From Conidiobolus incongruus B7586 (Eukaryota), in the NCBI GenBank assembly GCA_000697335.1, contig JNEM01009957.1, positions 1 through 44,834 of the forward strand: a stretch of 44,834 bases of DNA. Reading direction: 5' to 3'. The translations under genes and the position numbers were made by a program. The notes below the pieces were generated by a model, which was not told the DNA's origin, did no database searches, and saw only the letters and a list, made by a program, of their open reading frames with translations. Positions 13,007 to 26,642 of the stretch are shown in pieces. Within the stretch, counting starts at the first letter, position 1; each line of letters begins with the position of its first letter.

Positions 13007-15395
13007 ATGACATCTGATTATTCCGATAATGCACCCTCTACTTCTTCGGGCTCATCTTCAGCTCCCTCTTCAAGGATCTCTAAAAATATCACAAATGCTG
13101 ACCTCTCTCAAAATCAAAAAAATTTTGCCAGTAAAAGTTTGAATCTTTTAAAAAATATTACAGCCACTCGTTCTCTTTTACAAGAGTTAAGAACTATCAA
13201 CCAAACTCATTGGAAACTTTTATATCCTTCACAATCTACTCCCTCCTTGAAAAGAGGGGCATCATTTTCTCCACTTCCAGAACCATCAGAATTCAAGAGT
13301 AGAATCACTAGGACAAATAGTGCATTTGGAAATTTACCAATGTTTGACGAGCCAATTGGCTCCGATAGTTTGTCCTCTACTTTAGTTTCCGAGCCCAATT
13401 CACTTGGCATTCTGAATATCGATCTCAAATTCTCTGGACATTCACATCAAACGTTAGTTGAGAGTTTAGAAGAGCAATCTGTTGCCAGTTTATTTGAAGA
13501 TAAAATTAACTATTGTTTGAATTATCTAGACAAATTATCTGCTAGAATTTCTGATAAAAGTTCAAAAGTTCTTGTTACTGGTGATTTAAACTCTGGTAAA
13601 AGTACTTTTGTCAACGCATTGTTAAAACGTCGTGTTATGCCTACAGATCAACAACCATGTACCATGTTATTTGTTGAGACCTTGAATGTTAAATTGAACG
13701 ATGGTGTGGAAGAAGCACATGCAATCCCCGTAGCTGCTCTCTATGATCGTACAGATCCATCTACATTTGTTGTAATTCCTATGGAAGATTTGGAAAGAAC
13801 TGTTGCTGAAGACTATACAAAGTACGAGTTGGTCAAAGTTTATTGCCACGATCCCGAAGGAAATGAAAGTATGCTTTACAACGGTATTTTGGACGTCGCA
13901 CTTATTGACTCTCCTGGTTTAAATCGCGACTCTATTAAGACCACTCAACTTTTCGCTCGTCAAGAGGAAATTGATGTTGTCGTGTTCTGTGTTCATGCTG
14001 AAAACCAATTTACTCTGTCGGGACAAGAATTTTTACAAACTGCTGGGAGAGAGAAGGCTTATATTTTTATCGTAGTTAATCGTTTCGATACTATTAGAGA
14101 CAAAAATCGATGCAAACGTCAAATCTTAGAGCAAATTAAAAACTTATCTCCTCATACCTATCGAGACGCTGATGATTTGGTTCACTTTGTTAGTGCTGAG
14201 CACTGCTTCCCAGAAGATGAAGATATCCCTGACGCTCTTCCATCTGATGACATTCCCGAAGATTTTGGAAGATTAGAAAATAGTTTGAGAGGATTTATCC
14301 TTGAAAAGAGAGCTAGATCCAAATTATATCCAGCCAAAAGATTTCTTTTAAATACTCTCACTGATGTTGTTTCATTATCCGAGTTCAACTATTTCAAAGC
14401 CCAACATAAAGCCAAGGAAGTTGAAGAAGCTTTACAAATTATTTTGCCCAAATATGAAAAAACTCTTGAGGCCCGTACCACCTCAATGGCCAAGGCTGAT
14501 CAAATCATCAATTCCTCTGCCGAATTTATTCGTAATCATACTTTGGATCACCTATGTTCATTCATCGATTCATTGGAACAATCCATCAAATATCCAAGAT
14601 GGACAAGCTTATTCCACTACCATCAATATATCTCTACCCTTCGTCAAAACATCCAAAAGGCCACTTTCAAGCAACTTCAAGCTTGCAATGCCACTGCTCA
14701 AGAAACAGCCCTCAAGGCATACGAATCCATCATCACACTCCATGAAGATGAGACATCGGAAGCTCCTCGCCTTGAACTCGTCACTAATCCAAAGGATTAT
14801 GTCTTGGACATTTCTGTTTCTTGGTATGAGCTATTTGACATTGCCAACAAATTACAACACATTGCTGCTGGTATTTCCGCAGTTTCATTTTTAGGCACAC
14901 AAATCTTAGGAACTCGCCAATGCATTATGCTCGCTTTAAACCTTGTTCCTACATTCCAATCTACCGCTGCTCGTATTAGTGTTTTAGGATTATGCGTGAC
15001 AGGTAAATACCAATCAAGTTATTCCACTTTGTATACTAATCAAAAAATTAGGCTTGGGAGTTGCTTATATTTCTTGCACTAACTTGGAAAAGAATGCTAA
15101 AGAAAAGATGTTGGAGAAAGCTAAAGCTCAGCTCAAGCAAAGACAGTTACCATCTAACACATCTCTTCGCTTAACACAATCGATTCAAGGTCATCTCAGA
15201 TTAGCTACATGCCAGTTGCATGCTCATTATCAAACTGTTTTACAAGATCAAGAGAAGCTCAAAATGGACCAACTTCAACTTAAGCAATCTATTTCTCAAA
15301 CTACTGACCAGTTGAATCAAATTTTGACCAAGGCTACCGATTTAATTAGCAAGATTGAAGCTATTGATACCGACGATGGTAAACTCCACGCATAA
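13007..15395 (+). CDS. FZO1: Mitofusin (dynamin-like transmembrane GTPase)
   Basis: SKVLVTGDLNSGKSTFVNALL (P-loop), PTDQQPCT, LIDSPGLNRD, LFARQEEIDVVVF, YIFIVVNRFD; intron 15003-15051 joins to ORF ending at 15395 (TM then coiled coil). Confidence 0.95.
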
Positions 15396-16510
15396 ATTAT
15401 TTAAATTATTATTTAAACTATATACACCAACCTCAAATATATATATTAATTAGTCTATAAATTCATTATACAGCAATTATGTCACTCAAGTTTTATAAAT
15501 AAAAAATTATTTGGAATATTCAATATATATTATGTTAAATATTTAATTAACCTGATTTTATTACTTTAACATCATAATTTCCATTCATTCAATTAATTTG
15601 ATATACAATTGGAGATTATTACTATCCTTGAATATTAAGAAATAATTATATTGATTCAATAGTATATTAATTAATATATTACTTGTTTTCCTATATCTTG
15701 CTAGAATATGATAAAAGATATTCTCATTTAAATTACCCAAATAACAAAACATTTTTTTTCAATAACTAAATTCATTTAGTCATTTGATCAATAATTGAGT
15801 ATTAATACAATGTTAAAGATATAGCACTATTATTTAAATTGCTTTAATATGATGCCATATATTTCACTTAGTCATTGATTTATTATACGTTTTCTATATT
15901 CAAGCTAATAGATTCTTTTGACTATATTTAGTTAATCAAGAAATTGTGCAGGGTCTCGTATCAAGGTTAAACAAGTAAGATTTGTAAATTAATATGACAC
16001 AAGATTTTCTCATGTTCAATTGTATACACATTTCTTTTAATTCAAATGTTTTCTATATTGCTAAAATTAAAGATTTAAATAGTATTATATATTAATTATC
16101 TTTTAAGAAGTATATACAGTATTATTAAAAATTGAATGAATATAAGTTTGCACTGAAGTTTTAAGATTAAGTCAATGGAAATTTGTCCTGATGTTGGCAT
16201 TATTTGATGAATGAAAAAAGCATGAATTTAATTATCGATTTTCGATGAAATAAACGTTTGGGCCAATATTACAGAGCCAATAGACATAAATTAAGTATCT
16301 CAAACCTATTCAATTGCTCAATATCATCATCATGCCATGAGCCAGCATTTAATTTTGAATTCGTCAAATTGACGATTAATTATAGCAATGTTATTTTTAT
16401 ATATAAATCTTGGATCAATATATAAATATCTGAAATCACTGAATTTTTCAAGTTTCTTCTCTTTGATTAATTATTTATTTTTATAAATTGTTCTAAAATT
16501 CATTCTTATA

Positions 16511-17957
16511 ATGAATTCTAATGATAGTATCATTGATCTTTACACAATGAATCGGATTATTTATATCATTAATATTGTTTTCAATAGTATTACAGTATTA
16601 TTACAATTGACCTTATTTGTTATTTATCGAATACTAGGTAATAGATATAATATAACATTGAATACAATAATTTTAATTTATATTATTTATAGTGAAATAT
16701 CAATACATCAAAGTACGTAGGATAAGTTTCAAGTTGGCTTGTAATCTATCTGTATTCTTTATTTTAAGATCAATTGGTCTATTAGTTTATACGATTCAAC
16801 CAAAATTAATTGGACACTGGTGTGGCTTTATTATGTGGTTGATATTGTTTGACTCCGTTGTGATATATACTGTATACATGTTAATGTGTTTAAATTTAAA
16901 TTTAAGTTTTTTAAATCATGTCCAGTATCAGCCAAGGTGGGTTAGAGCTTACTATTTATTTGGATTTTTGATTCCATTTGCATTTACTCTGGTTCCTTTT
17001 ATTATGGGCTTTTATAGTTATAATGAGGCATTGGGAAAATGCACATTATTCAATAGTTATGAAGTAGTCAATTCTGTGAATTGGATATGCTATAACTTTT
17101 GGATTATTCTATCATTTTTATATTGTACTATTATCGCCATTCTTTGCACCATTTATATTAAATCTAAAGTATTCGAATTAAAAGATCGAATTACTGCTGA
17201 CGACCCAACGCGCCAAACCGAAAATTTGTTATTTCAACTGAAGAGAATTGTTTCAAGAATGTAAGTATTAATGAATTATTAGAATATAAAATATATATTA
17301 ATATACTAATAGAAATCTATATAATTGGATTCCTTTCATTTGTCTATTATTTCCGGTTATTGAATTGATATATAGTCAGGTTACTTATGAAACTAATACT
17401 GTTATTTCATTGCTCTCAGCGTTAACTATAAGTATGCAACGTTTCATAATTCTCTATAATGGCCACTAATATAACTTTAATTTATTTTAGATTCAATAGG
17501 GATTGCTCATTTTATAATATTTTTACTTGATCCAGCACTACAAAATGCTTATTATTCAATTCAGACTGAAATGTTGACATATTACGATTTGTTAGAAGAG
17601 AACCGACATGAACTTAATTTAAAACAAAAAATCCAATATTATTTGGTGCTCGCTTTTTTTGTGCCCAAGAGTTATTTGATTGCTAGAGATTATGCTTCGT
17701 CTAATTCAGATATAGAGCAATCGGAACCCAACCATGAAATTAGTATTATATTGGACAATGACATTCAACCTAATAACTTGGATAATGAAGAGTACGATTC
17801 TGAAGATGATGTTAATGGTATAAACGCGAACCCTTATCATAATCCACAGCGCACCACTCTTCAATATGGAAAAATAGGTGGATCCACTAGAGTTCAGTCC
17901 ATATCTGCTAATTCTCTTTATTTAACAGATTATGACAAACACTTAAGTATTCTTTAG
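16511..17957 (+). CDS. Seven-transmembrane GPCR-like protein (fungal cAMP-receptor-like/Git3-like class)
   Basis: 4 exons join in frame; about seven hydrophobic segments, RRISFKL after TM1, extracellular Cys (WCG; GKCTLF), FIIFLLDPA at TM7, acidic C-tail; stop TAG 17955-17957. Confidence 0.75.
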
Positions 17958-18340
17958 AAATAAATATTAGGAGTATATAATGTGCTTTATGAAATCATTT
18001 ATTTCATATTTGCTTTTTGAATTTTCATATGATCCAAATAAGGTTCACAAAATTACTCAAATACCAATCAATTATATTATTGGAATTTGATGATTTGACA
18101 AAAATAAATATTCACAAAACCCTAGGAATATCCATAAATTACTTTTAATCTTATTAGTCTTAGTTCGTGTGATGAAATGGATATTTAAATGATAAGATAT
18201 AAGCTTTAAATCATTTACCTTCTATTCATTGTATTAATAATTTGATTTTATAATATACAAATTTAATATCATATCTATAATCAATTTTATATTTACTAGT
18301 ATATATTTTCAATTAACCTAAACAAAGTATCCCAATAAAC

Positions 18341-21300
18341 ATGAATTGGATATGGATAATTACCCTTGCAATCATTGCTTGGAGTTTATTTGTATTCCGT
18401 AGAGTAATATTTTATTCCAAGCATATTCCTACGATCAGGTAATCTATTATATTGCATATAAGCTGAATTTTTTGTTTGTTTATTTATTTATCTTTTGAAT
18501 ATTTAGAACAAATGCTGCTTTCAAACAAGATGATCACAATCTAAATTTATATAATATTGTTGAAAGTTTATTAGATCTACCACAAGTTAGAAAACTTAGA
18601 CTAAGTCACGATATGTTAAATAATGTAATATTAAATCACTATCCAATTACTTATATCAATACTAATGACAATTCAAAATTCAATACAGATCTATTTATCT
18701 TATTTACCTCAAAATGAAATTATTTGGATAAAAAAACCTAAAACTTATAACCCTTTGATAAGGTAATAGCATACTTTATAAATATTACAAAAATTTAATA
18801 TTATTTTTAAATTTGAATTTTATAGATTTTTCCTTCAATTACATTTTCATGGTTTTGAATGGTTTTTAAAAGGTCAGAGTATTGAAAATTATATTGATGT
18901 TTTAAATCATTGGTAATTTGAATTATATTTATTTATAATTAATATTCATTGATATAAATTTATACAGTACAAGTTCTGATCTTCTTAGTTATGAAAATCG
19001 AATAGTAGTTAAAATAACCCAAGACAAAGAGAGAAATCAAGAACTTAATGTAATTCGCTCATATTAAATATATTTATAAATTTAATCTAACATTATCATT
19101 AGCTTAAATTGTCTAAAACCTTATTAAACTATTTAAAATCTCAATTGAATAATACAAAATTAGTGGATTTGAATAACGAGGAAAAAAGAGAACTTTTTGT
19201 TAATACTGTAAGTTTAATTTGAAGAATATTGATTATGATTAATTAATATATAGTTAAAAACTGCTGTTCACTTTGTCAGAGGCGTTGGATATATTCATTA
19301 CAGACATTTGATTGTACCTAAAGTCAATTGGGATGATCCAGAATTATTCAAAGTAAGTACATTTTGTAAATGTAAACTTTATTAAATGATTAATGTAAAA
19401 TGAATAGATGATGGAAGCAATTGGATCAAAATTAGATCCTGAAGTGTTTAAAATTCGATTGAGATTAGTTGATATTGCTGTGATAGCTAGTTTACATTCT
19501 GATCAATTTTGGGATAACAATTTTATAGTTATTGAATACAGATCAGGTATTTGAAACTTATTTTTGAATTTAGCAATTAATTTAATTCTTTCATTAATTC
19601 TCAAAGATCCAATGAGCCGAGTTCAAGCAACGGCTAGAAACCAAATCGCATTAGTTAAAGCTAGATTTAGTTCAGCTAAAGAATTGGCTAAGGAAAAAAT
19701 GAGTTTATTTAATAGTACGTAGTGTTAAAGAAGAATCTATTATAACTTATTAATCTATTGGTCTAGATCACCTGAATGAATTTCGTCATTTAGCTTCTGT
19801 GACTGGTTATACTACACCCGATCCTCAAGGTATTAAATGAAATTTTAATCAGTGTATGAAAATAAAATTAATATAATCATTTAGAATTGGAAACTTATAA
19901 CACATCCGAAGAAATCCAAGCACAAGAACAGTTGATTGCTAGAATTTTTACCAAGTTTTTGGTTGAAAGAGGAAGGCACCCAATTAAAGTATATATACAT
20001 ATATATTCCATCTCTATATCCTTTTATCTAATTGAAATAACTAGGATTCTCTATGGAATTCATTAGTTCTTGTTGCAGACAGATTTATCAAGAGATCTAA
20101 TAAAAATATTTTGGGTGAAGAATATGACAATTTATTGAATCAAGTCATTGCATCCAAGTTGGGCGTGGTATGTATTAATGTCTATTTTTATAGTTATATT
20201 TATTCTCATTTTGCTTGATTTAGACTGTTGATATCCTTAATTCAAATGATGGGTTTCAAGAATTTGCTTATAAATCTCATCTACATCGATACATGGCTGT
20301 ATATAATCATGATTTAGAAGTAATTCCTAATACTAACGAAATTAAAATTTTGCGTAATGGAACTTTAAGTTACTGGAAGGTAAATTTATATTATTTTTAA
20401 AGTATTTATATTATTAACAATAAAATCTATAGGATATAAAAGACAGTTTAAGAATTGATCCTGATACAAAACAGTTTTTAGGTCATTATTCAGAAACTGG
20501 ACTTATTGATCGCGGTTTAACCGATTGGACCGAGTTGGTACCATTTAAGCATGAAACTACTCTTCCACCACCTTGGGGAAATCGATATATTTGTGAAATT
20601 GTCAGTTGGATTATTGATGCTCCCCGAATTAATGGTGATCATTCGTTTTTAAGATTCAAAACACCTCAAGGAGAGTGGTACTCAGTGGGTCAATATATGC
20701 CTGTGAAACATAATGCTAGAGATCAGTTCATTTTCCCAATGCGCGTGAGACAATGCCGATTTATGTGTCCTGATATCAGTGAATATTGGGAAGGTCCTGT
20801 TACCACCATCGAGTTTGAAATTAGTAAAACGGCATTCCTAGAAATAAAGAAAAAACTTGAAGATGACCAAAGGAAAAAAGAGCATCTTTATCAAGTAGGT
20901 CCCGCTTTCTGCACATTTACATTTAAAATATTTAAATATTTTTAATTAGTTCTTACATGATAACTGCACTATTTATGTCAAATCGGTATTAGAAATAGCA
21001 GGAATTCAATTACCTAGTTCAATGAGTCTTTCAGATTTACTATTTCCCAATATCTCGCGTTGGGGTAGAGCTATACATCGAATGAAATGGACTCCGAAAT
21101 TTATTCGCCCTCTTATTAGGCTTATCTGGACAATGATGATCAACTGTATTCTTCTATTATTTGGCTCTGGTGCCGTTGATCGCCAAATTAGAGAAACTAC
21201 AAAAGGAGTGGTACCATTCGTTAGTAGTTGGAAAGATTTCACTGATCCCAAAAAGGTATTTATATATAATAACACTCAAATCAACCTTATTAATTTTCAT

Positions 21301-21790
21301 TTATTAGGTTATTTCGGAACATCCTTTCATTATTGGTCATTTTGTTCGAAAACAGATTGAAGAATGGAGGGAAGCAAGAACTAAAGTTTTGCAAAGTAAA
21401 AAAGAATTCCTCGAAAAAAAGATAAATCAATTACAAAGGAATCAAAATAATCAAAATAATCAAAATAATCAAAATAATCACAATTATGATAGTATTCGTC
21501 CCAACACATTTATCAATTTACCTTCTCAAGAGGAAGTGCAGCTTCGCAGACAACTTAAAATGGTTAATAAGGCTTTAGAAGATGTTAGATATGCAATTCC
21601 AAGCAGATTCCGCCGTAAGAGTCATTTAGCTTCCGTGCAATCCCCAGTTCTCAGCCCATTGGTCACACCTATTAATTTTGATGAAGAGTTTAATTTTGAT
21701 AAAGTTGAATTTAGTTTAAACGCTAGTTCTGTTTCTCCCAAAGAGTCTTTCGAACTAAAAATGACCAAAGTTCATAATGATTCTCCTTGA
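18341..21790 (+). CDS. Uncharacterised 16-exon protein with N-terminal signal/TM anchor and putative permuted papain-like (His...Asn-Cys) hydrolase domain
   Basis: ATG 18341 (MNWIWIITLAIIAWSLFVFRR); 15 GT-AG introns join into one open frame ending at TGA 21788-21790; includes GDHSFLRFKTPQGEWYSVGQY and YQ|FLHDNCTIYVKSVLEIAGIQLP. Confidence 0.8.
21440..21480 (+). repeat. Coding 9-bp tandem repeat (AATCAAAAT)x4.5 encoding NQN repeats
   Basis: Directly visible in the last exon: NQNNQNNQNNQNNH. Confidence 0.9.
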
Positions 21791-22763
21791 ATGATTATTA
21801 TAAAATATATCAAAATAATTATCCCTAAATTACACTCATATTGTGATTAAATACCCTATTGTATGATATCAGTTTGGATATCTTCTAATTCATAGTTTAT
21901 TCATTAAATAAATTGATCAAATACATCGATCTTCCAAATTCAAATATTTTCCTCTGCTAAAGAGTTTAGGGTTAGATATTGTGATTAGAAACGGCAAAAA
22001 ATGATTTAATTATGAGGTATAAATTGTTAGATCTCAAAATAAAAATAATGGAATGAAGGTTCACAAAATTAAAAGTAACTAAATTATGAACAAAAAACTA
22101 AGTAATTAATGTGACAATATAATAAAAAATAATAAACAAAGTATCAAAAAAATAATTTGGTATTAATTTCCTACAAAGTTGCAATAATAATTTAGCTATT
22201 TTGGGAATTTGAAAAATTGTCGCGGATATTAGCTCTTGGAGCATCATCGAGGACATCGACACAGCCATTGTGTAGGCCAGATTGTGAAGTATGGCACATA
22301 TCAGCTGGGGCAGACTACCGAGGATTAGTTTCCTGGCTATTCGGCCATGATCATTTGTAAACGGGATATTGAAAAAGAACGACTAGACCAATACCAACAG
22401 TGGCGGTATGAGGACCCGGCATGCTAAGGAGATGTAATGACAAAATATCAATAGGGACGAGAATAGAGTGAATAATGGAAGTTAACTCAAGTGGTGCTAT
22501 AGGTGGTTACTTGAGTATACTAAGAGGATGATTTTTGGAAGTAGAGAAAAAGGTTTACTTGTAAAAAGGAAGAAGAGAAAGTCCTTCTTAAAATGAAGTA
22601 AGATATATTGAAATAAATATGTAACAACTGAATAACAGTGAGGTCACTCGGACGTGGGCTGGAAGAATTTTAATATTGCCTGGTTTGGTTAATCAGGAAC
22701 TTGGTAATGATTTTGAGTGAAAAAAAGGTATCAATATGATAATAATTGTGGCGAGAATAAAAA

Positions 22764-22837
22764 GCTCTCATAGCTCAGTTGGTTAGAGCGTGGTGCTAAT
22801 AACGCCAAGGTCACAGGTTCGATCCCCGTTGGGAGCA
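22764..22837 (+). tRNA. tRNA-Ile (anticodon AAT), intronless
   Basis: Acceptor GCTCTCA/TGGGAGC + discriminator A; D arm TAGCTCAGTTGGTTAGAGC; anticodon arm TGGTG-CTAATAA-CGCCA; T loop GGTTCGATCC. Confidence 0.98.
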
Positions 22838-23020
22838 TTCTAATTATTTTGAAAATTAATTAGTTGTTCGATTCTATATTTTTATTATATATATTCATTT
22901 ATAGGTGACAATATTACAATGTATAGCTGTTACAATAATCAGTGGATAAACGTTTAATTCGAAATTCATTATAATTAATGTTGATTTATGTTATTACATT
23001 AATCAAAATTTTGTTCAAAT

Positions 23021-23369
23021 TCATTCATTCTTAGTTTGATCAGCACTACCAGATTCAATAGTGGTAGGTTTCTTTTCGAGATAAGGTTTAGGAGCCAAAA
23101 TCAAAGAACCCAAAGCCATGCCAATAATTGTGATCCCTTGGAACGCTACACGATAACGCAACCATTCAACCCCCTTCTTTTTATTTCCCTTTCTTAAATT
23201 AATATATGCACCAGTAAATGCTCCAACAGTTAACAAACAACCTGAAAATATATTAATACTAAAATTAAAAATAAATATTTATATATTTACCAATAGGAAT
23301 CCAAGGTTGTTGAACACTCTTTTGATAAATACGATCCCAACCAGATTGATATTCTCTTGCAGTGGACAT
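23021..23369 (-). CDS. RCF1: HIG1-domain respiratory supercomplex factor 1-like protein
   Basis: MSTAREYQSGWDRIYQKSVQQPWIPIG|CLLTVGAFTGAYINLRKGNKKKGVEWLRYRVAFQGITI; intron 23242-23290; matches the HIG1 pattern (PLVPIG...RxRVxAQGxT). Confidence 0.85.
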
Positions 23370-25042
23370 AATTAATATATAAAAACTAATAATTAAATAA
23401 TAAGTATATTATGATACAAGGTAAATGATTTGTATTTGATAAAATTTCATTAGAACTAGTCAAATTGATATTGAAAAAAAAATTAAAAATATATGGTATT
23501 AAACTAATAGATGTTAAATTTTCTTACATTAATTATATATTATAATTAAGTGATATTGATATGACGTTTTATAATATAATCATCTAGTTGTTATTAAATC
23601 GTAATTCAATTTATATTTTGATCTCCAACTCCACATTTTATAAGTATTATGGGATCAAAATATAATTCTAATTATTCAATAAAATCAAATTTGATTAAAC
23701 TTAATAACCAAATTTTTGAAATATTGTATTGTCATCATATATGAAATAATAACAAACCATGCACTATAATATATAAGATAAATAGATTATTTTATAATAA
23801 CTTTTTATATTGAGTAAATCGAATACTTAAATATGATTTAAGTTTGAAAATATTTTTTAAATATCATAACTTGTGGACTTGGGAAATTGGTTAAAAATAC
23901 GCCCCTATTTTTATAAAAATTTAAACTATTTGAAAAAATTGAATTGGTTATTATAATTATATTTAATAATAGATATATAATGGTTTAATTATATATTAAA
24001 AAGAGAATCAACAATATATATTTAATCTAATGTGTTTTTTATCAAAACTAAATTTATAAGTATAATTATTACTGAATGAAGTAAAAATATATAGTCACAC
24101 TCAATGTAATTTTTATATGGTAATTTATATTAAATATCTTAATGTTTGTTTAATATTTTATACTAAATTAACTATTCTTAATGATTCACAAATTAAATTT
24201 ATATATTTTATTAAAAATTGAGTTTACTCTCAGTAAATTTATAAACATTAATTTATAATTCAAAGTTAGCACTGCTATAGATAATTTATTTTTGAAGTTA
24301 TCACATTAATTAGTATATCAATATTGAAGTTATTATACTATAGATATTTAATATATCAAATTAACGTATTAATTAATATATAAATAAACGTTCATATAAA
24401 TCATAATCTTTTAATTTCGCTATACATTGAGATTTCTTATTACGTGATAGTTAGGAAAATTTTAAAATATATACATATATATATATATATATCATTTTAT
24501 AATAAAAATAAAAATGTATAATATATAAATTATATTAATATTTAAACTATTCAAATTTATTAAGTATTAAAAATCATTATATAATTTAATAATTGTAATT
24601 AATTCTAATTAAAATACTCATTAATTTTCTAGAAAAAGTTAAAATAAAAAATAATGAGAAATATAATTAGAATTTAAAAATTATTTATAAAATTATTAAT
24701 TCATCTAATATAATAATCTGTATCAGAAATACAATAATATATATTGCCCTCATTTATAACTAATTATCTTAAATTATTGTAAATTATTTTAAAGTGATAA
24801 GTTTGAACTGAAACAGAAATATTGAGTAATTGGCATATATAATTATATATAAAATTACATTTTTTTAAATTAAGTAATAAAATAAAGAAGGTAATTGATA
24901 TTTTTTATATTTTCAATGAAAACTAAATATAGAAAAAAAATATCTTGATAAATTAAATGAATTAGAAATAATGAATTATTGGATTAAAATTGTAAATATA
25001 TTTTTGGAAAATGTTATATTTCTAAAATTAATTAATATTTAA

Positions 25043-25043
<1 letters not shown>

Positions 25044-25076
<33 letters not shown>
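25044..25076. repeat. (AAT)11 microsatellite
   Basis: Directly visible upstream of the PDI gene. Confidence 0.9.
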
Positions 25077-25077
<1 letters not shown>

Positions 25078-25230
25078 TTTTTTATAATTCAATCAATATG
25101 ATTATTATATTAAAGAAAAAATAATTAATATAAAATGAATTATATCTTTTAATTAAAAGATTTAACAGAGTTATTGTATTCTTAAAGTAATTGGACCAAA
25201 TTACCAATTAGAATTATATGAGTTTAATGT

Positions 25231-25249
25231 CCAATAAATTTGACCTACG
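25231..25249 (+). promoter_or_regulatory. ERSE-like element CCAAT-N9-CTACG upstream of PDI
   Basis: ccaat aaatttgac ctacg; one mismatch to the mammalian ERSE CCAAT-N9-CCACG; about 80 bp before the ATG. Confidence 0.4.
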
Positions 25250-25331
25250 TTGTAAATTTGAATAAGTATATAAAGTTAATATATTCATCCAATATATTTA
25301 ATTGTTGACATTAAATAAGATAATATCAATA

Positions 25332-26642
<1,311 letters not shown>

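Noticed and set aside
13207..14894. Overlapping or antisense ORFs inside FZO1 (also 2272, 6554, 9781, 21006, 30595, 30932, 31132, 31372, 39567, 42479)
   Set aside because: Shadow frames of real genes with no independent protein features.
21965..21975. TTTAGGGTTAG (CTAACCCTAAA on minus), resembling a telomerase RNA template
   Set aside because: Single 1.5-repeat match, no recognisable pseudoknot downstream, and it runs into the 3' end of the convergent gene; easily chance.
22314..22422. Selenoprotein reading of the TGA in the small minus-strand ORF
   Set aside because: No similarity to known selenoprotein families, no Cys/Sec redox motif, and no convincing SECIS identified.
22577..22587. GAAAGTCC resembling the RNase MRP/P P4 5' strand
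   Set aside because: No complementary 3' P4 strand or other conserved regions found.
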